A DNA stretch of 64,000 nucleotides from Lepidodermella squamata (lineage: Eukaryota > Animalia > Gastrotricha), in contig JBLDXI010000054.1 of the NCBI GenBank assembly GCA_047495785.1, positions 248,001 to 312,000 on the forward strand, written 5' to 3'. The first letter of the stretch is position 1; each line of letters starts with the position of its first letter. This document shows positions 25,804 to 40,324 of the stretch, piece by piece. The notes under the pieces are model-generated. The model saw nothing but the letters and a program-made list of their open reading frames with translations, was not told where the DNA came from and made no database searches. The translations under genes were made by a program, and so were the position numbers.

Positions 25804-28462
25804 ATGGCATCTGGGAAGAAAATTATATCTGTAATCGGCTCGACTGGCAATCAGGTATGACATCGGTTTATATTCGAATTTTCAACTGCTATTTCGCATA
25901 TTTTCTAGGGCGGTGGCGTGATCAAGGCTCTTCTTGAGGATGACAATTCGCCTTTTATCGCTCGAGCTTTGACTCGAGATGCTAATTCACCGAAAGCTCA
26001 GGCCTTGAAGCAGCAAGGTGTCGAGGTGGTGCAAGTCGATCCCTATGACGAGAACGCTCTCGCCGAGGCTATCAAAGGATCTTATGGCTTGTTTTGTGTA
26101 TCTGTGACGCAATGGGGCGATATTGACAGCGAGACGCGCATGATCAAGGCGATGGCGAATGCGGCAAGGTAACATTAATCAATTGCAAAATCGACAAAAT
26201 TAGATTTTATTAAAAAATATGAAAAATTTAAAATTTAAAATTTAAAAATTCACACAGTTATACAATTACCAGGTAATTGGGGCAAAATAACCTGATAAAT
26301 TTTTGAAGAGAAATTTCTTGCAATTTGAGTGCATCAATAGGCTGATTTTTTTCGCTCGAATAAGTAAAAAGTATTTGATTTTTAGAATTTGAAAATTGAA
26401 AATTCCGAGAAAAATCTGAGAAACAATTAAAAAATCATGTTTTCATGTTTATAATTAAAATTAAATAACTGCGAATAAATTTAAGAAAAAATGAATATAA
26501 AAAATGGATATAAATTTTAAATTCCTATTTGATTTGAGAAAATGTTGCTTACAATTTCTGCGACCAGATTGAATTTTTCATTTTTAGTTACCTACTGCCA
26601 GAAATTTATTCTTGTCAATTTCTTGAGCAGAAATCTTTTTCAATTTCTTTTTCCAAATTTACGCAAAGCTCAGAAAAGGCTGAAAACTCAGAATTACCCG
26701 CTATGTAATTGTCCAACTAGCAACGAATCCTTTCGGTCGCCAAAAAATCGCAAACCAAGAGGCAGAAATCGTAAAATCACAAATTTGTGCCGATAAATCT
26801 GGGCATTTGTGGCCTTGAATTAGTACTGATTTTATTTCTCAAAAATACGCTAGTTTTTATTTTTTCAAATTATAAATTGAATTAAATTAATTAATTAAAT
26901 TACAAGAACATTAATTCGTTCAAAATTGAAATTAAAATCCGGATGATTGAATAAATAGATTTTCAACATCCAAGTTGGATTTCAATTTTTTCGCTAATAT
27001 TGATACTTTTATTTCATTTCGCTCTTTTAATCGCAATTTCTAAATTGCAGAAAATCAGGAGTCAAACATGTTGTTTGGTCGACCGTTGAAGACTCGCGAA
27101 AATTCATCGATCCTAATAATGACCGATATCCGACGTTGCACGGCCGGTTCAAAGTACCTTCGCTGGATGTAAAAGGCGAAGGCGATGCATTGTTTGCCGA
27201 TCTTCCGACCACCTACGTCTCTACGCCGAGTTTCTACGACAATTTCCTCGTGCCGGGTCAGAATGTTCGCAAAACTCCGGATGGCAAAATCGCTTACGCC
27301 TATTCAAGTGGCGAAACATCACAACCGGTTAGTTTTCGGGAAATTATCTCAATACAAAAAAATGCGGGGCCCAGGGATAGAGGTTCAGTGATAGAGGATT
27401 GGTTAGGGTTGAGGCTTGGTTTCGGTTCCGGGATAAGGTCAGGGTTCAGTTTGTAGGTTGGGGTTCAGTTTTTAGGTCAGGGCCCAGGGTTTAGGTTAGG
27501 GTTCGGGGTTTGGGTTAGGGTTCAGGGTTTAGGTTAGGGCAGGGTTTAGGTTAGGGTTTGGGGTTTAGGTTAGGGTTCAGTTTTTAGGTCAGGGCCCATG
27601 GTTTAGGTTACGGTCCACAGTGGTTAGGTCGATGATTAGGTGTTGGGATTAGGGTTCAGTGCAAGAGCTAGGGTTAACGCTATGTCATGGTTAGGTCGCA
27701 GCGTTAATGTTAGGGTTAGGTTTAGGGTTTGGTAAGGGTTCAGGGCGAAGGTTAGGCTTAGGTTTAGGTCGATTATTAGGCACTGGAATTAGGGTTCAGG
27801 TTTCAGGGTAAGGGGCAGGTTAGGCGTGGGGGATGTTAGGTCGATATTTCGCCAACAACTACTCTCTAGCGGAAAAAATTTGCTACGCTTGTGAACCTTG
27901 TTATTCGTTTCTAAACTAGCCGCTGGCATTTTCTATACGTTTCCAGCTCGAATTAAATGAAAAAATATGTATGAACCTAAATTCTTTCCCGGCTTCTCCG
28001 GGGGATACTTATTCTCCAAATATTTCCCGTTAATATTTTTTTTGAATAATTTTGATAAATATATCATAAGTATAATTAATATTTCGATGATTTCTTCGTC
28101 AGGGAATTTTCGCTGAAGATATCGGTCGATATGCATACGGAATTTTTAAAGACGCAAGCTACATCGGGCGACATCTTGGCGTAGCCGCAGAGCATTTAAC
28201 CGGCAAGCAGTACGCGGCTAAATTGTCTAAATTTCTCGGCGTCGATGTCATTCCTTACGAAATGTCGTTTGACGACATGCGAAGAATGCCGTTTCCCCAC
28301 GCCGGCGATATTGCGGCCATGTACCAGTTCTTCCACGATTTCGCAAAAGAAATGCTTGCGATTCGCGACCCGGCTGAGACGAAGAAGCTGAACCCGAAAG
28401 TTCTTGATTTCGAGCATTTCCTTGAAAAGCATGGCGGGGGTCTGAAAAAGCTTTTGGAATGA
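25804..28462 (+). CDS. NmrA-like NAD(P)-binding protein (exons 25804-25854, 25909-26168, 27051-27327, 28103-28462)
   Basis: VIGSTGNQGGGV Rossmann motif, RALTRD, GVKHVVWST, EDIG; all splice junctions preserve frame. Confidence 0.88.
27395..27840 (+). repeat. Degenerate telomere-like (TTAGGG / GGTTAG) array inside an intron
   Basis: Many GGTTAGGG, TTTAGG and GGTTCAG units. Confidence 0.8.
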
Positions 28463-30431
28463 TGACGTCCAACGATCCCGCTCACAGTTGATTATGATGA
28501 GGAATTAGATAAATGACTGTTCCATTGAAAGTAAAGATGATGTAAATAAAGATCTGTGCTTATGCTCTGTTCGTTAACGGTTTACCTTAACTGATAATTT
28601 ATAATTTATAAGGTGCTAAGTGGACCTGTTAAATTTCAAATCGATTCAAGCCCAAAGTTTCGCACTGGCCAAGATCTTAGTAACTCCCCGATATCGAAAA
28701 ATCTCAAGTTTGCATTTACGACAATCACGGCTCGAAACTCGAAACGGTGTCACATGGACGTAGATTTCCTCATCTTCGATTCGCCAATAGCCGTTAGCCG
28801 TTTTCAGCCGTCGCGATGTTCCTTAAGCCTTAACATGACTTCGCCTGCTATTCTGGAGTTTCTGTACTCTTGTGTTATTGTTACACTTGTAATAAATCGT
28901 ACTTTGCTATATTACCTCTTCGGCCGTCTTTCATGCTTTCGCTGCCGCTGATTGGCTAATCATCTATAGCTAGTCTAGAAACTGGAACACAATTTCAGAA
29001 AAGACGTTTTAGTCACACATTTTCCGTTGGATCGGATCGTCACTAAAAATGGAGAGATAGGATACGAAATTCATCGCAATCCAATTTGAAGGTTAGTTGT
29101 CCAATTGAAGGACGAGACTTTAACGGGCGGATGCACAGACGATACAGCACGAACATGGGCGACTTCGGGCGTTTTTTGTCTCGTTTTTCATTTTAATTTA
29201 GAGATCCTAGCAGTATTCAGTCCATATAGAGCACAGAGTGCCAGTCCTTAGATAGCAACTATTTATAAGCAAGAGAGGCTAGTTATCATTCCTTCGCCGA
29301 CTACGATTTGTCTGTGCAGTCTGAAACGGATGCGGCAGTGTTTTGGCCATTAAAATTACCGGATGGTAGGTACCTGCAATTTCATTTCAGCACAAGAATC
29401 GCTTGTAAACGCAACTTTTCTCATCCGAATAGAAAACCGCATCCGAATGCACTTCTTTCGCTAAATTGTTTATCATAAAGTTTAGCGGCTCGCGATAATG
29501 GTTCGATTGAGCTCATGAGATGAGACCGGTGAACCTCATGGTTGAAGAAAGACGACAAATTTATGTATATTTTTTAACCTTATCCAGGGTGCGATCTTGG
29601 ATACCCGAGCTGCCAGGGATGAAAAAGTTTTCTTGCAGTATTTGCCAAAATGAGTAGTCATTTCGGCGGAGAATTTTGGAGAATTTCCACTAAAACAGGC
29701 TCCAGAACCTTCCAAAATTCGCACACTGACCTTATCCTAGTGGAGCAGCCTTACTGCCAGCTGGTATTTTGATCTTTATCTTGCTGGCAGCACATCCTGA
29801 TCTTCGGTAAACATCCCATCAGTTATTTAGCTGTCATGTTTTCGCTTTCTGAGCCCCTCTATGCACTACTATACCCAATTTGTTGTCGATAAAATTAAAA
29901 GAGTGACTCCGAGAAGTTGATCTACTTGTTTAATTGCTAATCATTTTAAATTATGAATTTTTCATGAATGAAGTCCATTTTTTGTCTTTTCAGGCGCGCA
30001 GCTTGAATTTTCAGTAGATAATTAAAGAGGAGAAAAAATAGGATTCTAAAATCGTACAGGAATGCCTTACCTGTACTCATGACAGTCTCCATGGTGGATC
30101 TGTCTGGACATGTCTGATAGAAGCGGAGAAATGCTTCAGTCTCATATTTCCAAACCTTCTGCAGTTCGTCTATTTTGAATCATACATCACCACAGTCAAG
30201 ACTTTCTGGATCGGCTACAAGATTTTTAAATTAAATAAAGACTTACTCTGAGCAGCGGCGTCTTCAGGCTTCGCTGCTAATTAAATCTGATTGAAATGTT
30301 GATTGCAGGTCGTGAGTTTTTTTTATCAACTGTTCGGCATTTGCTGGTAATAAGACATTGCTAATCACCGATATTTGCCGTCCTCGTCGCTATGCGGCCG
30401 CTCTAGCTCATAGGAACAATTCTCTTTGAAA

Positions 30432-32910
30432 ATGAAAACAGCAATATTAGTGTTTAGCATCCTGAAAATCCTCCGGAGTGAATCTATCGATGCACCTGTG
30501 AAGCATTTAATAACAGCAGGTAGCAACAACGCAACCAATTCAGAGAGGCCCAAAATACGAATACTCTACCAGGATATCTGGGCCATTGGGCAGCGGAATC
30601 GTGGCTGACGTATCGATTCAAATTGTCCTCGATCGACTGCGCTCGATGCCAAACTGGTTGCCTAACTACGACATAGAGATCGAACTTTTGGACGATCAAG
30701 GCAACGACTCTATGTCTATTTCACAGTTCGCCAAACGGCTGTATTTCGATTCTGAAACGGATGAAATATTCCCCTTGATGGGTATTCAAGACATATCGGG
30801 TCAAGTTGAAGAATTGCAAGCATTCATGTTAACGCCGCTCAATTTCCTCGGCGTAAGTTGCACATGTAATTCTGAGAAATAATGTTAATATGAGCCATTT
30901 AAGGTGTCGAACTATCTGAGTTCTCTTAAGCTGACAACCGAACGATCAAAATTTCGGAATTTCTTCGGTCTCGGCGAGAGGGCTGACTATTTCTGCGCCG
31001 GGGTGGCTAGTTTCGCTCGAAAGTTTAACTGGAACTCCGTTGGGCTTATCTCTGCAATCCACCCGGGTTGGAACTTGTTCGACCGGTGGTTTGTTTAGTA
31101 TTTCGAGGCTTACAACGCTGAGGTGTCGCCAATCGCAAAGTTTTGGTCGGAGGATCTACAGAATACGGAGGAGGCTTTTGCCGAGTTGAAAGCTAGCCAA
31201 GCTCGGATAATTCTAACGGCCTCTTGGGAAAACGTTTTTATCAGTTGCTGGCTTTACCGATTTGGTTTGTATGGTCCCAATTTTGTAATTATTTTCCCAA
31301 GCTGGACCCAGTTTGATGAAAACTCTACTATACCAGAAGAACTGAGTTGGTGTGACAGAACGTCGCTAATTGAAATTCTAAAAAGCTCTGTCTTGTTCGC
31401 CGATCTTACCTTGGAGGACGTGTTAGGAGCGAATTCGACCCAGGACATCACAGGCTTCACTGCATCAGACTATGAGGTAGAGCTCGTGTCTCAAATGGAA
31501 GACTATCAACGTTCTCCCATACCTTATCCTTTTTATGACCGAATGATGTTCATAGGGCTAATTCTAAACCATACAGAAGCTATTCTCAATAAGAAAGGCC
31601 AAACTCTATCTGATTGGACTACAAACCTAGCTTTGTTCCGGCAAAATGGATCGGAAATCGTTTCTGTAATGAAAGAGGCCGTGTTAAGAACGGAATTCAC
31701 TGGTTTGAAAGGAATCTACAAATTCGATCCTCGTACTATGCTGTCGGTTGGAGGTCAGCCTGTATCATTCTCTCAGATTCAGTACCGGGAAAGCCAATCC
31801 ATTCAATGCGTTGGGGCCGGCTACCTGTCCTGGTTGAATGATTCTATCGTTATGAAGGCTGACTGCCCATACATGTGGTTAACGAAGTCGAAACTACCCC
31901 CGAGGGGACACATATCTGTGATTGAAGTTAGGGAGTCCCTTTTGACTAGAGAAGCTGATGTAGCGCTCAAGACAATCGCCGGCTTTCTTATTTCGATCAA
32001 TTTAGGCAGTATGGCTGCGAATCGAGGGCATACTATCAGGAGAATGGGTATCGTCGGGAATATCCTCACGATCAGCCATGTCTTCCTCATACCCTCAAGC
32101 TGGTCGGAGGATATTGGGAAATACTTCTCAGCCATGATCTTTCTTGCGATTTCAGGTTTTTCAACGATGTGGATGGCTAATTTGTTCAACCTTGAAACTC
32201 TTAAACTAAAAACTCGGGCGATTAGCGTCGCGGCGCCAAGCGTTCAATTTCACAGCCCCAAACCCGTAAAGCTCGAATACTCTTTCGTTCAGATGATAAA
32301 TCCCAAGCACATTATCATGGCCCTGATTTCCACATTCGCTGAGGCTATTTTCACTGCAATTTTACTTACTTTGAATCCTATATCGAAGCTAGACGTTGTA
32401 GCACACGTTGACTACATGGCTGATGACGATGTTTTGAAACGAATCATTCGCAACGAAGCCTCAGTTCTCGATTCTCTCGCATCTTCGATTAGTGGGAAGG
32501 TTTTGCTGGTCATTACATTCCTCCCATTGCTGCTGATTGTTATGAGATTGCTGTTGCTGACAAAGCGAAAAGGCCGCTATGGCAACAAGCCGCTTGCTGT
32601 CAGCATAATTGCTTCTGCGAGTGTGATTGCCGCCGGGATTCTGGTTGGCATAACTCAGGCTGCTGATGGGCGAAGTCTCATGCTGACAGTTTCGATAGTT
32701 TTGCTATGCCTGGCCTCAATTAGCACCGCCGCTGGATTGCCGTGGGAAAATTTGGTTAAGCTCTCTGCCCAGGTACCTTTGACCAATAGCCAAGCCCAGG
32801 GAGCTGAAAGAAATTCAGCTCGTTCGAATCGATCTGCAGCTCTTATTGATTCCAGAAGTAGGCATTTTCCGACCAAGGCCCGAGTTAGCAGAATCGAAGC
32901 ATCAAAATGA
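30432..32910 (+). pseudogene. Class C GPCR copy 3, pseudogene
   Basis: 5-nt deletion near 30576 shifts the frame; CAG>TAG stop at 31096-31098. Confidence 0.85.
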
Positions 32911-33337
32911 CACAAAAATCAGGGTCTTTGCTAGGAATGGTTATTCTCGCCCCTAATATTTATTGTCAAACAACAAGGCTATTCGCAGATTCAATATGAT
33001 TATTCTCGGTCATCAACGTCCTCTTGAAGAAGAGTTGCTAATATTTCTTGAAAGTTTGCAGCGATTAAGAATTATCGTTGGATGTTTGAAGTCACATGTT
33101 ACGTTTTCGGATGAAATGGTACACAATTTTTCATAAAGGAAGATAAATATCCGATGAAAAAAACTGTTACGAGAGAAGATTGATGTGGAAGAGGCTCGAA
33201 AGCCATCTTCTATCAATTGTCACTATTGAGTTGCTGTTTGCTGTGGAAGATAATGAATGTTTAGAATTGACTGAAGGTTTCTTTTCCCGTATGGCGAGCA
33301 AAGAAAGATAATTCTTAGTTTCAACGGATTTCAGAAA

Positions 33338-33530
33338 ATATCGTTAACGACGTTGAATAACTCGGATTTAGTTTATTTACGTCATTTTCAAGGTACCGGT
33401 GACAAGTAAAAAGCGCTGTTTTTTACTTGAATAAAAAAGCAAAAACAAATGACTTTTCACTTGCCACAGTTCACATTGAAAGTGACGTAAACAAGCCTAA
33501 ATCCGAATTATTCAGCGTCGCTAACGATAT
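33338..33530. mobile_element. MITE-like foldback element
   Basis: ~55-bp imperfect TIRs ATATCGTTAACGACGTTGAATAA... / ...TTATTCAGCGTCGCTAACGATAT. Confidence 0.65.
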
Positions 33531-34040
33531 AATAAACATAGGGTAAGTTAACTCTAACCGACTTTTTTGAAATACTTGCTATTCCCTAACCATGAGGTTC
33601 CCTGGGCTCTTATTTTGACAATTAACAGTCCGGACCCATTTGAATAAGCTCACAGAAACTCATGAGCCAATTCGTAACCGAGCCATCGCTGCTGAAATTT
33701 TAAAAATTGTCTGATGGAATAGCAAATGTTGGAGGAAGTCAACATTTTTATTCGTAACAGCCGCGTTGCATATTAGTTGGTGTAAAGTCGCTTTGGGCTC
33801 GAATCCAGTATCCCGGCCGTGCTTGATGTTTGATGTTTTGCCTGTGGCAACGGGCAATGGCTGGAGAAGGAAATATGGAAAATTAAGCCCACTGTCATGC
33901 CAATTTCAAGAGGTTGTGGAGCATGATCCTGCTTCACGGCGTTAGGTATGGCTCCATAAATAAAGAAAATAAAATGATATGATTGATACGTATTCTTCAC
34001 AATTTTCTAATTAGTTTCAATTTGCTGAAATAATTCACCT

Positions 34041-34496
34041 GTACTTGCACAAACGATTTTGCACAAAACCACTTGCATAAATGTACCTGCACAAACTCAA
34101 TTTTTCAGCGGTATCATTCGTTTAATGCGATCAAGTGCAGCGTGATCTTCAATGATATTATTAGCAGAAAAAATGGGCATGACATCATCGATTGATTGAT
34201 TTCAGTTTCATTTAATCATTCGAAGGTCCCAACGTGAAACTCTGAATATCTCAAAAAGCAGGGCGAAAACACTCTAGGCCTGCCACAAGATCTCTTAAAT
34301 CATGGCTGAACATTGACTTGTAAATAATAAAGGGGGCCCGAAATCAGTCTTTGATGCCAGTGGACCTTGCCCTCAATTCGCGAAATTCGATTTGTTTATT
34401 CAAGTCGACTCCGCTTGAAAAATTGAGTTTGTGCAAAGGTTTTTGTGGAAGTGCATTTGTGGAAGTGATTTTGTGCAGTATTGTCTGTGCAAGTAC
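34041..34496. mobile_element. Non-autonomous TIR element with subterminal TGCACAAA repeats
   Basis: GTACTTGCACA...GCACAAACTCAATTTTTCA on the left is inverted to TGAAAAATTGAGTTTGTGC...TGTGCAAGTAC on the right. Confidence 0.5.
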
Positions 34497-34860
34497 AGAC
34501 ATCCCTCTGAAATGATATTGAGAAGATGTCATACAGGCAGTGGGAAAATCGGAATAAACCTTGTCTTATATATTTCAAAATCCAAGTGACCTTTGCTCAT
34601 TTTTAATCTAACAAAAATACGATCTGATTCGTTCACACAGTTTTTCTAATCAAAGAAAAACTAACTCTGGGTAGAGGCGTCTTAAGTTTGCTGCAAGCTG
34701 CAAATTATCTGATTGAAAATATTAATTAAAGTTCGCCAGTCTCTTTTACGGACTGCGCGGCATACGCTGGTAATATGGCATGGCTAATCATCAAAAGGCG
34801 CCATCATCGTCGCACTACCCCCTATCCCCACTTTAGCTCAGAGAGACATTTCTCTGTGTA

Positions 34861-37241
34861 ATGAAAACAGCAATATTAGTGTTGAGCTTCCTGAAAATCC
34901 TTGCGAGTGAATCCATCGATGCTCCTGAGAAGCACGTGATTACAGCAAGTAGCAGCAACGCAACCGTTTCGGACAGGCCTAAAATACGGATACTCTACCA
35001 GGACACCAACAGTGGACCATTGGGTAGCGGAATATGGGCTGACGTATCGATTCAAATAGCTCTCGATCGCCTGCGCTCGATGCCCAACTGGCTTCTCAAC
35101 TACGACATCCAGATCGAACTTCTGGACGATCAGGGCAACGCCTCAATGTCTATTTCACAGTTCACCAAGCGGCTGTATTTCGATTCTGAAACGGATGAAA
35201 TATTCCCCTTAATGGGGATTCAAGATATAGCGGGTGAATTTCAAGAATTACAAGCATTGATGGTATCCTCTCTCAATTTCATCGGCGTAAGTTACTTATC
35301 ATTTAAGATAGCTAAAATGCATTCTAATCATTTAAGGTGTCGAATTATCTAAGTTCTCTCAAGCTAACAACAGAACGATCGAAATTTCCAAATTTCTTCG
35401 GTCTCGGCGAGAGGGCTGACTATTTCTGCGCCGGGGTGGCTAGTTTTGCTCGAAAATTTAACTGGAACTCTGTTGGTCTTATCTCTGAAGTCGATCCGAC
35501 TTGGAATTTGTTCGATCGATGGTTTGTTCAGTACTTTGAGGCTAGCAACGCTAAGGTCTCGCCGATATCAAAGTTTTGGCCAGAGGATTTATTGAATACA
35601 GAGGAGGCTTTCGCCGAGCTGAAAGCTAGCCAAGCTCGGATAATTCTAACAGCTGCCTGGGACAACGTGTTCGTCAGTTGCTGGCTATATCGATTCGGCT
35701 TATATGGTCCCAATTTTGTCATTATTTTCGGCAGCTGGACTAAGTTCGATGAAAACTCCACTATACCAGAGCAACTACTTTGGTGTGAAAGAACGTCAAT
35801 AATCGAAGTATTGAAGAGCTCTATCGTTTACGCTGATTTGACCATGGAAGATGTTTACGGGGTGAATTCGACCCAGGATCTGACAGGCTACACTGCATCG
35901 GACTTTGAGTTAGCTCTCATGTCTCAAATCCAAGACTATCAACGTACTCCTCTGCCGTATCCTTTTTATGACCGAATCGTGTTCATGGGGCTAATTCTAA
36001 ACCATACAGAAGCTATTCTCGCTACTAAAGGCCAAACTCTGTCGGATTGGACAACAAACCAAGAACGATTCCGGCAAAATGGATCGGAAATCGTTTCTGT
36101 AATGAAGGAGGCCGTGTTAAGAACGGAATTCACTGGTTTAAAAGGAATCTACAAATTCGACCTTGATTCCATGCTTTCAGTGGGAGGTCAGCCTATAACA
36201 TTTTCTCAGATTCGGTTCGAGAATAACCAATCCGTTCAATGCGTTGGGGCCAACTATCTATCATGGTTGAATGATTCTATCGTTATGAAGACTGACTGCC
36301 CGTACGTGTGGTTAACGAAGTCGAAGCTACCCCCGAGGGGACACATATCTGTGATTGAAGTTAGGGAGTCCCTTTTGACCAGAGAGGCTGATATAGCGCT
36401 CAAGACAATCGCCGGCTTTCTTATTTCGATCAATTTAGGTAGTATGGCTGCGAATCGAGGGCATACTATCAGGAGAATGGGTATCGTCGGGAATATCCTC
36501 ATGGTCAGCCATGTCTTCTTCATACCCTCAAGGTGGTCGGAGGACATTGGGAAATACTTCTCAGCCGTGATCTTTCTATTAATTTCGGGAATTTCAGCGA
36601 TATGGATAGCATATTTATTTGACCTGGAAAGTCTCGAAGTAGAATTCCGGGCTCCCAGCGTGGCGAAATTCGGCGTCCAATATTTCGACCTCCGACAGTT
36701 AAAGGTTGATTACCACTCGTTTGTTCAAAACGTGACTTTGAAGCGAATTTCCGTGGCACTGATTTTATCATCAGTTGAGGCGTTTTTTACTGCTATCCTT
36801 CTGATTTTAAATCCAATATCGAAGCTAGCCGTTGTAGCACACATTGACTACATGGCTGATGACGATGTGTTGAAACGAATCATTCGCAACGAAGCCTCAG
36901 TTCTCGATTCTCTCACAATTTCGACTAGTGGGAAGGCTTTACTAGTCATTATCTTTGTTCCATTGCTGCTGATTGTTATCAGATCGCTTGTTTTGGCTAA
37001 AAAGAGAGGCCGCTATGCCAACAAGCCGCTTGCAGTCTGCATAATTGCGTCTTCGAGCGTAATTGTCGCCGGAATTTTGGTTGGCATAACCAAGGCTGCT
37101 AACGGTCGAAGTCTAATGTTGACAGTGTCCATTGTTTCGCTGTGCCTAATCCTAATTAGCACTGCTGCTTTCGCCGCTGGATTGCCGTGGAAGAAGCTTC
37201 GCAAGCTTAAATATAGATTGTCAATGATTTCCCCGAAGTAA
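34861..37241 (+). CDS. Class C GPCR, GABA-B-like, copy 4 (intron 35287-35336)
   Basis: Intact two-exon ORF paralogous to copies 1 and 2. Confidence 0.85.
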
Positions 37242-37516
37242 TAACTACTAAAGTGATCTGCAAGTGATCTGCGAAATATGCAAACTTTCGCGAACTTGTT
37301 TTGGTTGGTTAGAAGAGGCTATGAAACCAAGTAAAATAAAATGGCGACGGATAATTTTTTGATTGCCAAATTTCAACGCAAGCTTGAATATCGATTACCC
37401 ATTAAAGCTTTCATTGTAACACGCATCAAATGTTGACATCTCGCTCCAATTCGCCCAAAATGCCCGCGATCATGGACTACAATGTAATTGTTTTCGCTAA
37501 AGATCGCTGCTAAGTT

Positions 37517-37635
37517 GCATTAAAGGTCTGATAACGGTCTTCAACTGCTGTGTATTATAGCCTGGTCTCAAGGCGACGAAATTGCGTCACAAATCGTAAC
37601 TGAACCCTTCTTCCGCATTGTGTTCGAATAGGATT
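37517..37635 (+). pseudogene. Relic fragment (M3 and following loop) of a Cys-loop channel gene
   Basis: Near-copy of ~63419-63535 (GGTCTGATAAC...CTGCTGTGTATT...GGTCTCAAG.CGACGAAATTGCGTCACAAAT). Confidence 0.75.
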
Positions 37636-39548
37636 ACCAACGATCTATGTTCGATTCATTCACAATAAAGTATAGAGTAGTGCCTGGCCAAGTCTTGACG
37701 TTTTCCTGACACGACAGACAGCGATAAGTCCCTATGCAATGACTGCAGGCGGCAGCAGCTATATAGTACATGACTCTATAGTGAAAGTCAGCAAAGTTTC
37801 GACGTTTCTCAGGGGAATTATGATGAAGGGGTCCATCAAAATACGAAAATAAAAAAGAGGACAAGAGGTAGGGTGGGGGTCGAAAAAAGTGGGAAATTCC
37901 TGACTTCTTTAATGAACGACTCCCTATCCTTCGAATCTCCCTATTCGGAGAGAAAAATAACTGTGTTTTTTTCAAGTTACTACGTCCGCAAGAAAGGCCT
38001 TCGCCTTGCAGAAGGCGAAACGAACAGTCTAGTCAGCCTCCGAGCCATCCACCACGTTTTGCTTCGTGAAACGATCGCGGAGACGTTGCCACTCGCGTCA
38101 CTCTCGCGTTGTAGGTGCACGGTTTGGCCTGGGTCGACGCCGTCGCCAGCTCAAGAGGGAGGCGGGAGGCCAGGGTAGCCCACAATGGGACCTCGCTATA
38201 CGCTTGACTGCAGCCAGAAAATGACTGCAGTCGCTCATTTTAATGAATAACAATTCAAATTCGAGTGCGACAGCTGATTGAAGAGTTTTGTACCTATTTG
38301 GATTGGAGAAATTAAAGGGCGATCCACGTTACCGAGAAGAAGAGTTTCAAACTCAATGTAGGCATACCCGGCCAAAATAACCCATTTTAGTCTAATCAAA
38401 TTTAAACAGCGTGTCAAACAAATTAATTCAAAATGCATTTACTGTCAGCAGTGTGTATAGTAAAGGCGCGGACCTATTATCTGAAGTGTATGCAAAACCT
38501 GTTTCTAATTATAGGCAAATCAGCTTCAATTTGCTGTAATGATATTAGGAAGATGTCTTATAGTAGCGGGAAAATCGGAATAAACATTGTCTCATATTTC
38601 AAAATCGACTGAGCTTCGGTCATTTTAATCTCAGAAGAACTCATTCTGGGTAGTTTGATCTTTCAGTTTTGCTGCGAAATATTTGATTGGAATATTGAAG
38701 TTCGCGAGTTTCTATCATCGACTGTGCGGCACGTGCTGGTAACTTGAAATGGCCAATGACCAACATTCGTCATACTCCTCGCTTATTATCATAGAAATAT
38801 AGATTACAAGCGCATCTGAAATCGTTACTCATGCTATTCGTTCGTTCGCTAATGGGGCAATTATAATTTTTACTTTCTCCTATCGGGTTGATTTTTGTGT
38901 CAAAATGTAGCTCACATCATGCGGAGTGTAAAAAGCAATACAACCAATACCGAGGCGGCCACTCCCTTTCTTACATAACGTTACGAAGAAAACATTTCTT
39001 GGACCCAGACCTGCGCAATTTATTATGGGAAAAATGTATTTTCAAGGTTTTTCATGGGTATCGATTTACGTTGGAGTTTAGGGATTGAATATTTGATTAG
39101 CAATGTCGACAAGCGCTATCGATTGGTGTTATAGATTTGACCATATCTATTACGTAACCCATAGATCTGATTTTCTTTGGACCCATGATTTTTTGACCGA
39201 TGTTGAAATTGTTAATATTAGAAAAAAATGTATCATTTAAATATTTTAGAAATAAGTAAATTACATCCGCAAGGTCGCTTTTAAGGTCCATGAATGACCG
39301 AATAGCATACAAATATAAAAATTAAGACTTGAAGGATCCATCGCGCGATTTTTTAATCAAATGGAAACTTATACTCTGAGCAATATCGTCTTCAGACCTT
39401 GCTGCTAATTATATCTGATGGAAATGTTGATTCATTCGTGAGTTTTTTATCGACTGCGCGCTATGCGCTGGTAATGTGACATGGCTAATGTCCGAACTTT
39501 CCCATCCTCATCGCTATACCAAAGCAAATTAAGAAAATTCTCTCAGAG

Positions 39549-40324
39549 ATGATATCAGCAATATTGCTGTTGAGCTTCCTGAAAATCCATCGATGCTCCT
39601 GAGAAGCACGTGATTACAGCAAGTAGCAACAACGCAACCGTTTCGGACAGGCCTAAAATACGGATACTTTACCAGGATACAAACACTGGACCATTGGGCA
39701 GCGGAATATGGCCTTTCGAATCTATGCAAGTAGCCCTTGATCGGCTGCGCTCGATGCCCAACTGGCTGCCGAACTACGACATAGAGATCGAACTTCTGGA
39801 CGATCAAGGCAACGACTCTGTTTCCATTTCTCAGTTCACCCAACGGCTGTATTTCGACTCTGAAACCGAAGAAATTTTCCCATTAATGGGGATTCAAGAT
39901 ATAGCGGGTGAAGTTCAAGAATTACAAGCATTAATGGTATCCTCTCTCAATTTCATCGGCGTAAGTTACTTATCATCTAAGAGAGCTAAAATGCATTCTA
40001 GTCATTTAAGGTGTCGAACTATCTAAGTTCTCTCAAGCTAACAACAGAACGATCGAAATTTCCGAATTTCTTTGGTCTCGGCGAAAGGGCTGATTATTTC
40101 TGCGCTGGTGTGGCTAGTTTTGCTCGAAAAATGAACTGGAACTCCGTTGGGCTTATCTCTGAAGTCGAACCGACTTGGAACTTGTTTGACATATGGTTTG
40201 TTCAGTATTTCGAAGCTAACAACGCTGAGGTCTCGATATTATCAAAGTTTTGGCCGGAGGATCTACAGAATACGGAAGAGGCTTTCGCCGAGTTGAAATC
40301 AAGCCAAGCTCGAATCATTCTAAC
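39549..40324 (+). pseudogene. Class C GPCR copy 5, 5' part (14-nt deletion, interrupted by the Polinton)
   Basis: Deletion between AATCC microhomologies near 39588; homology stops at ...ARIIL at the TSD. Confidence 0.85.
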
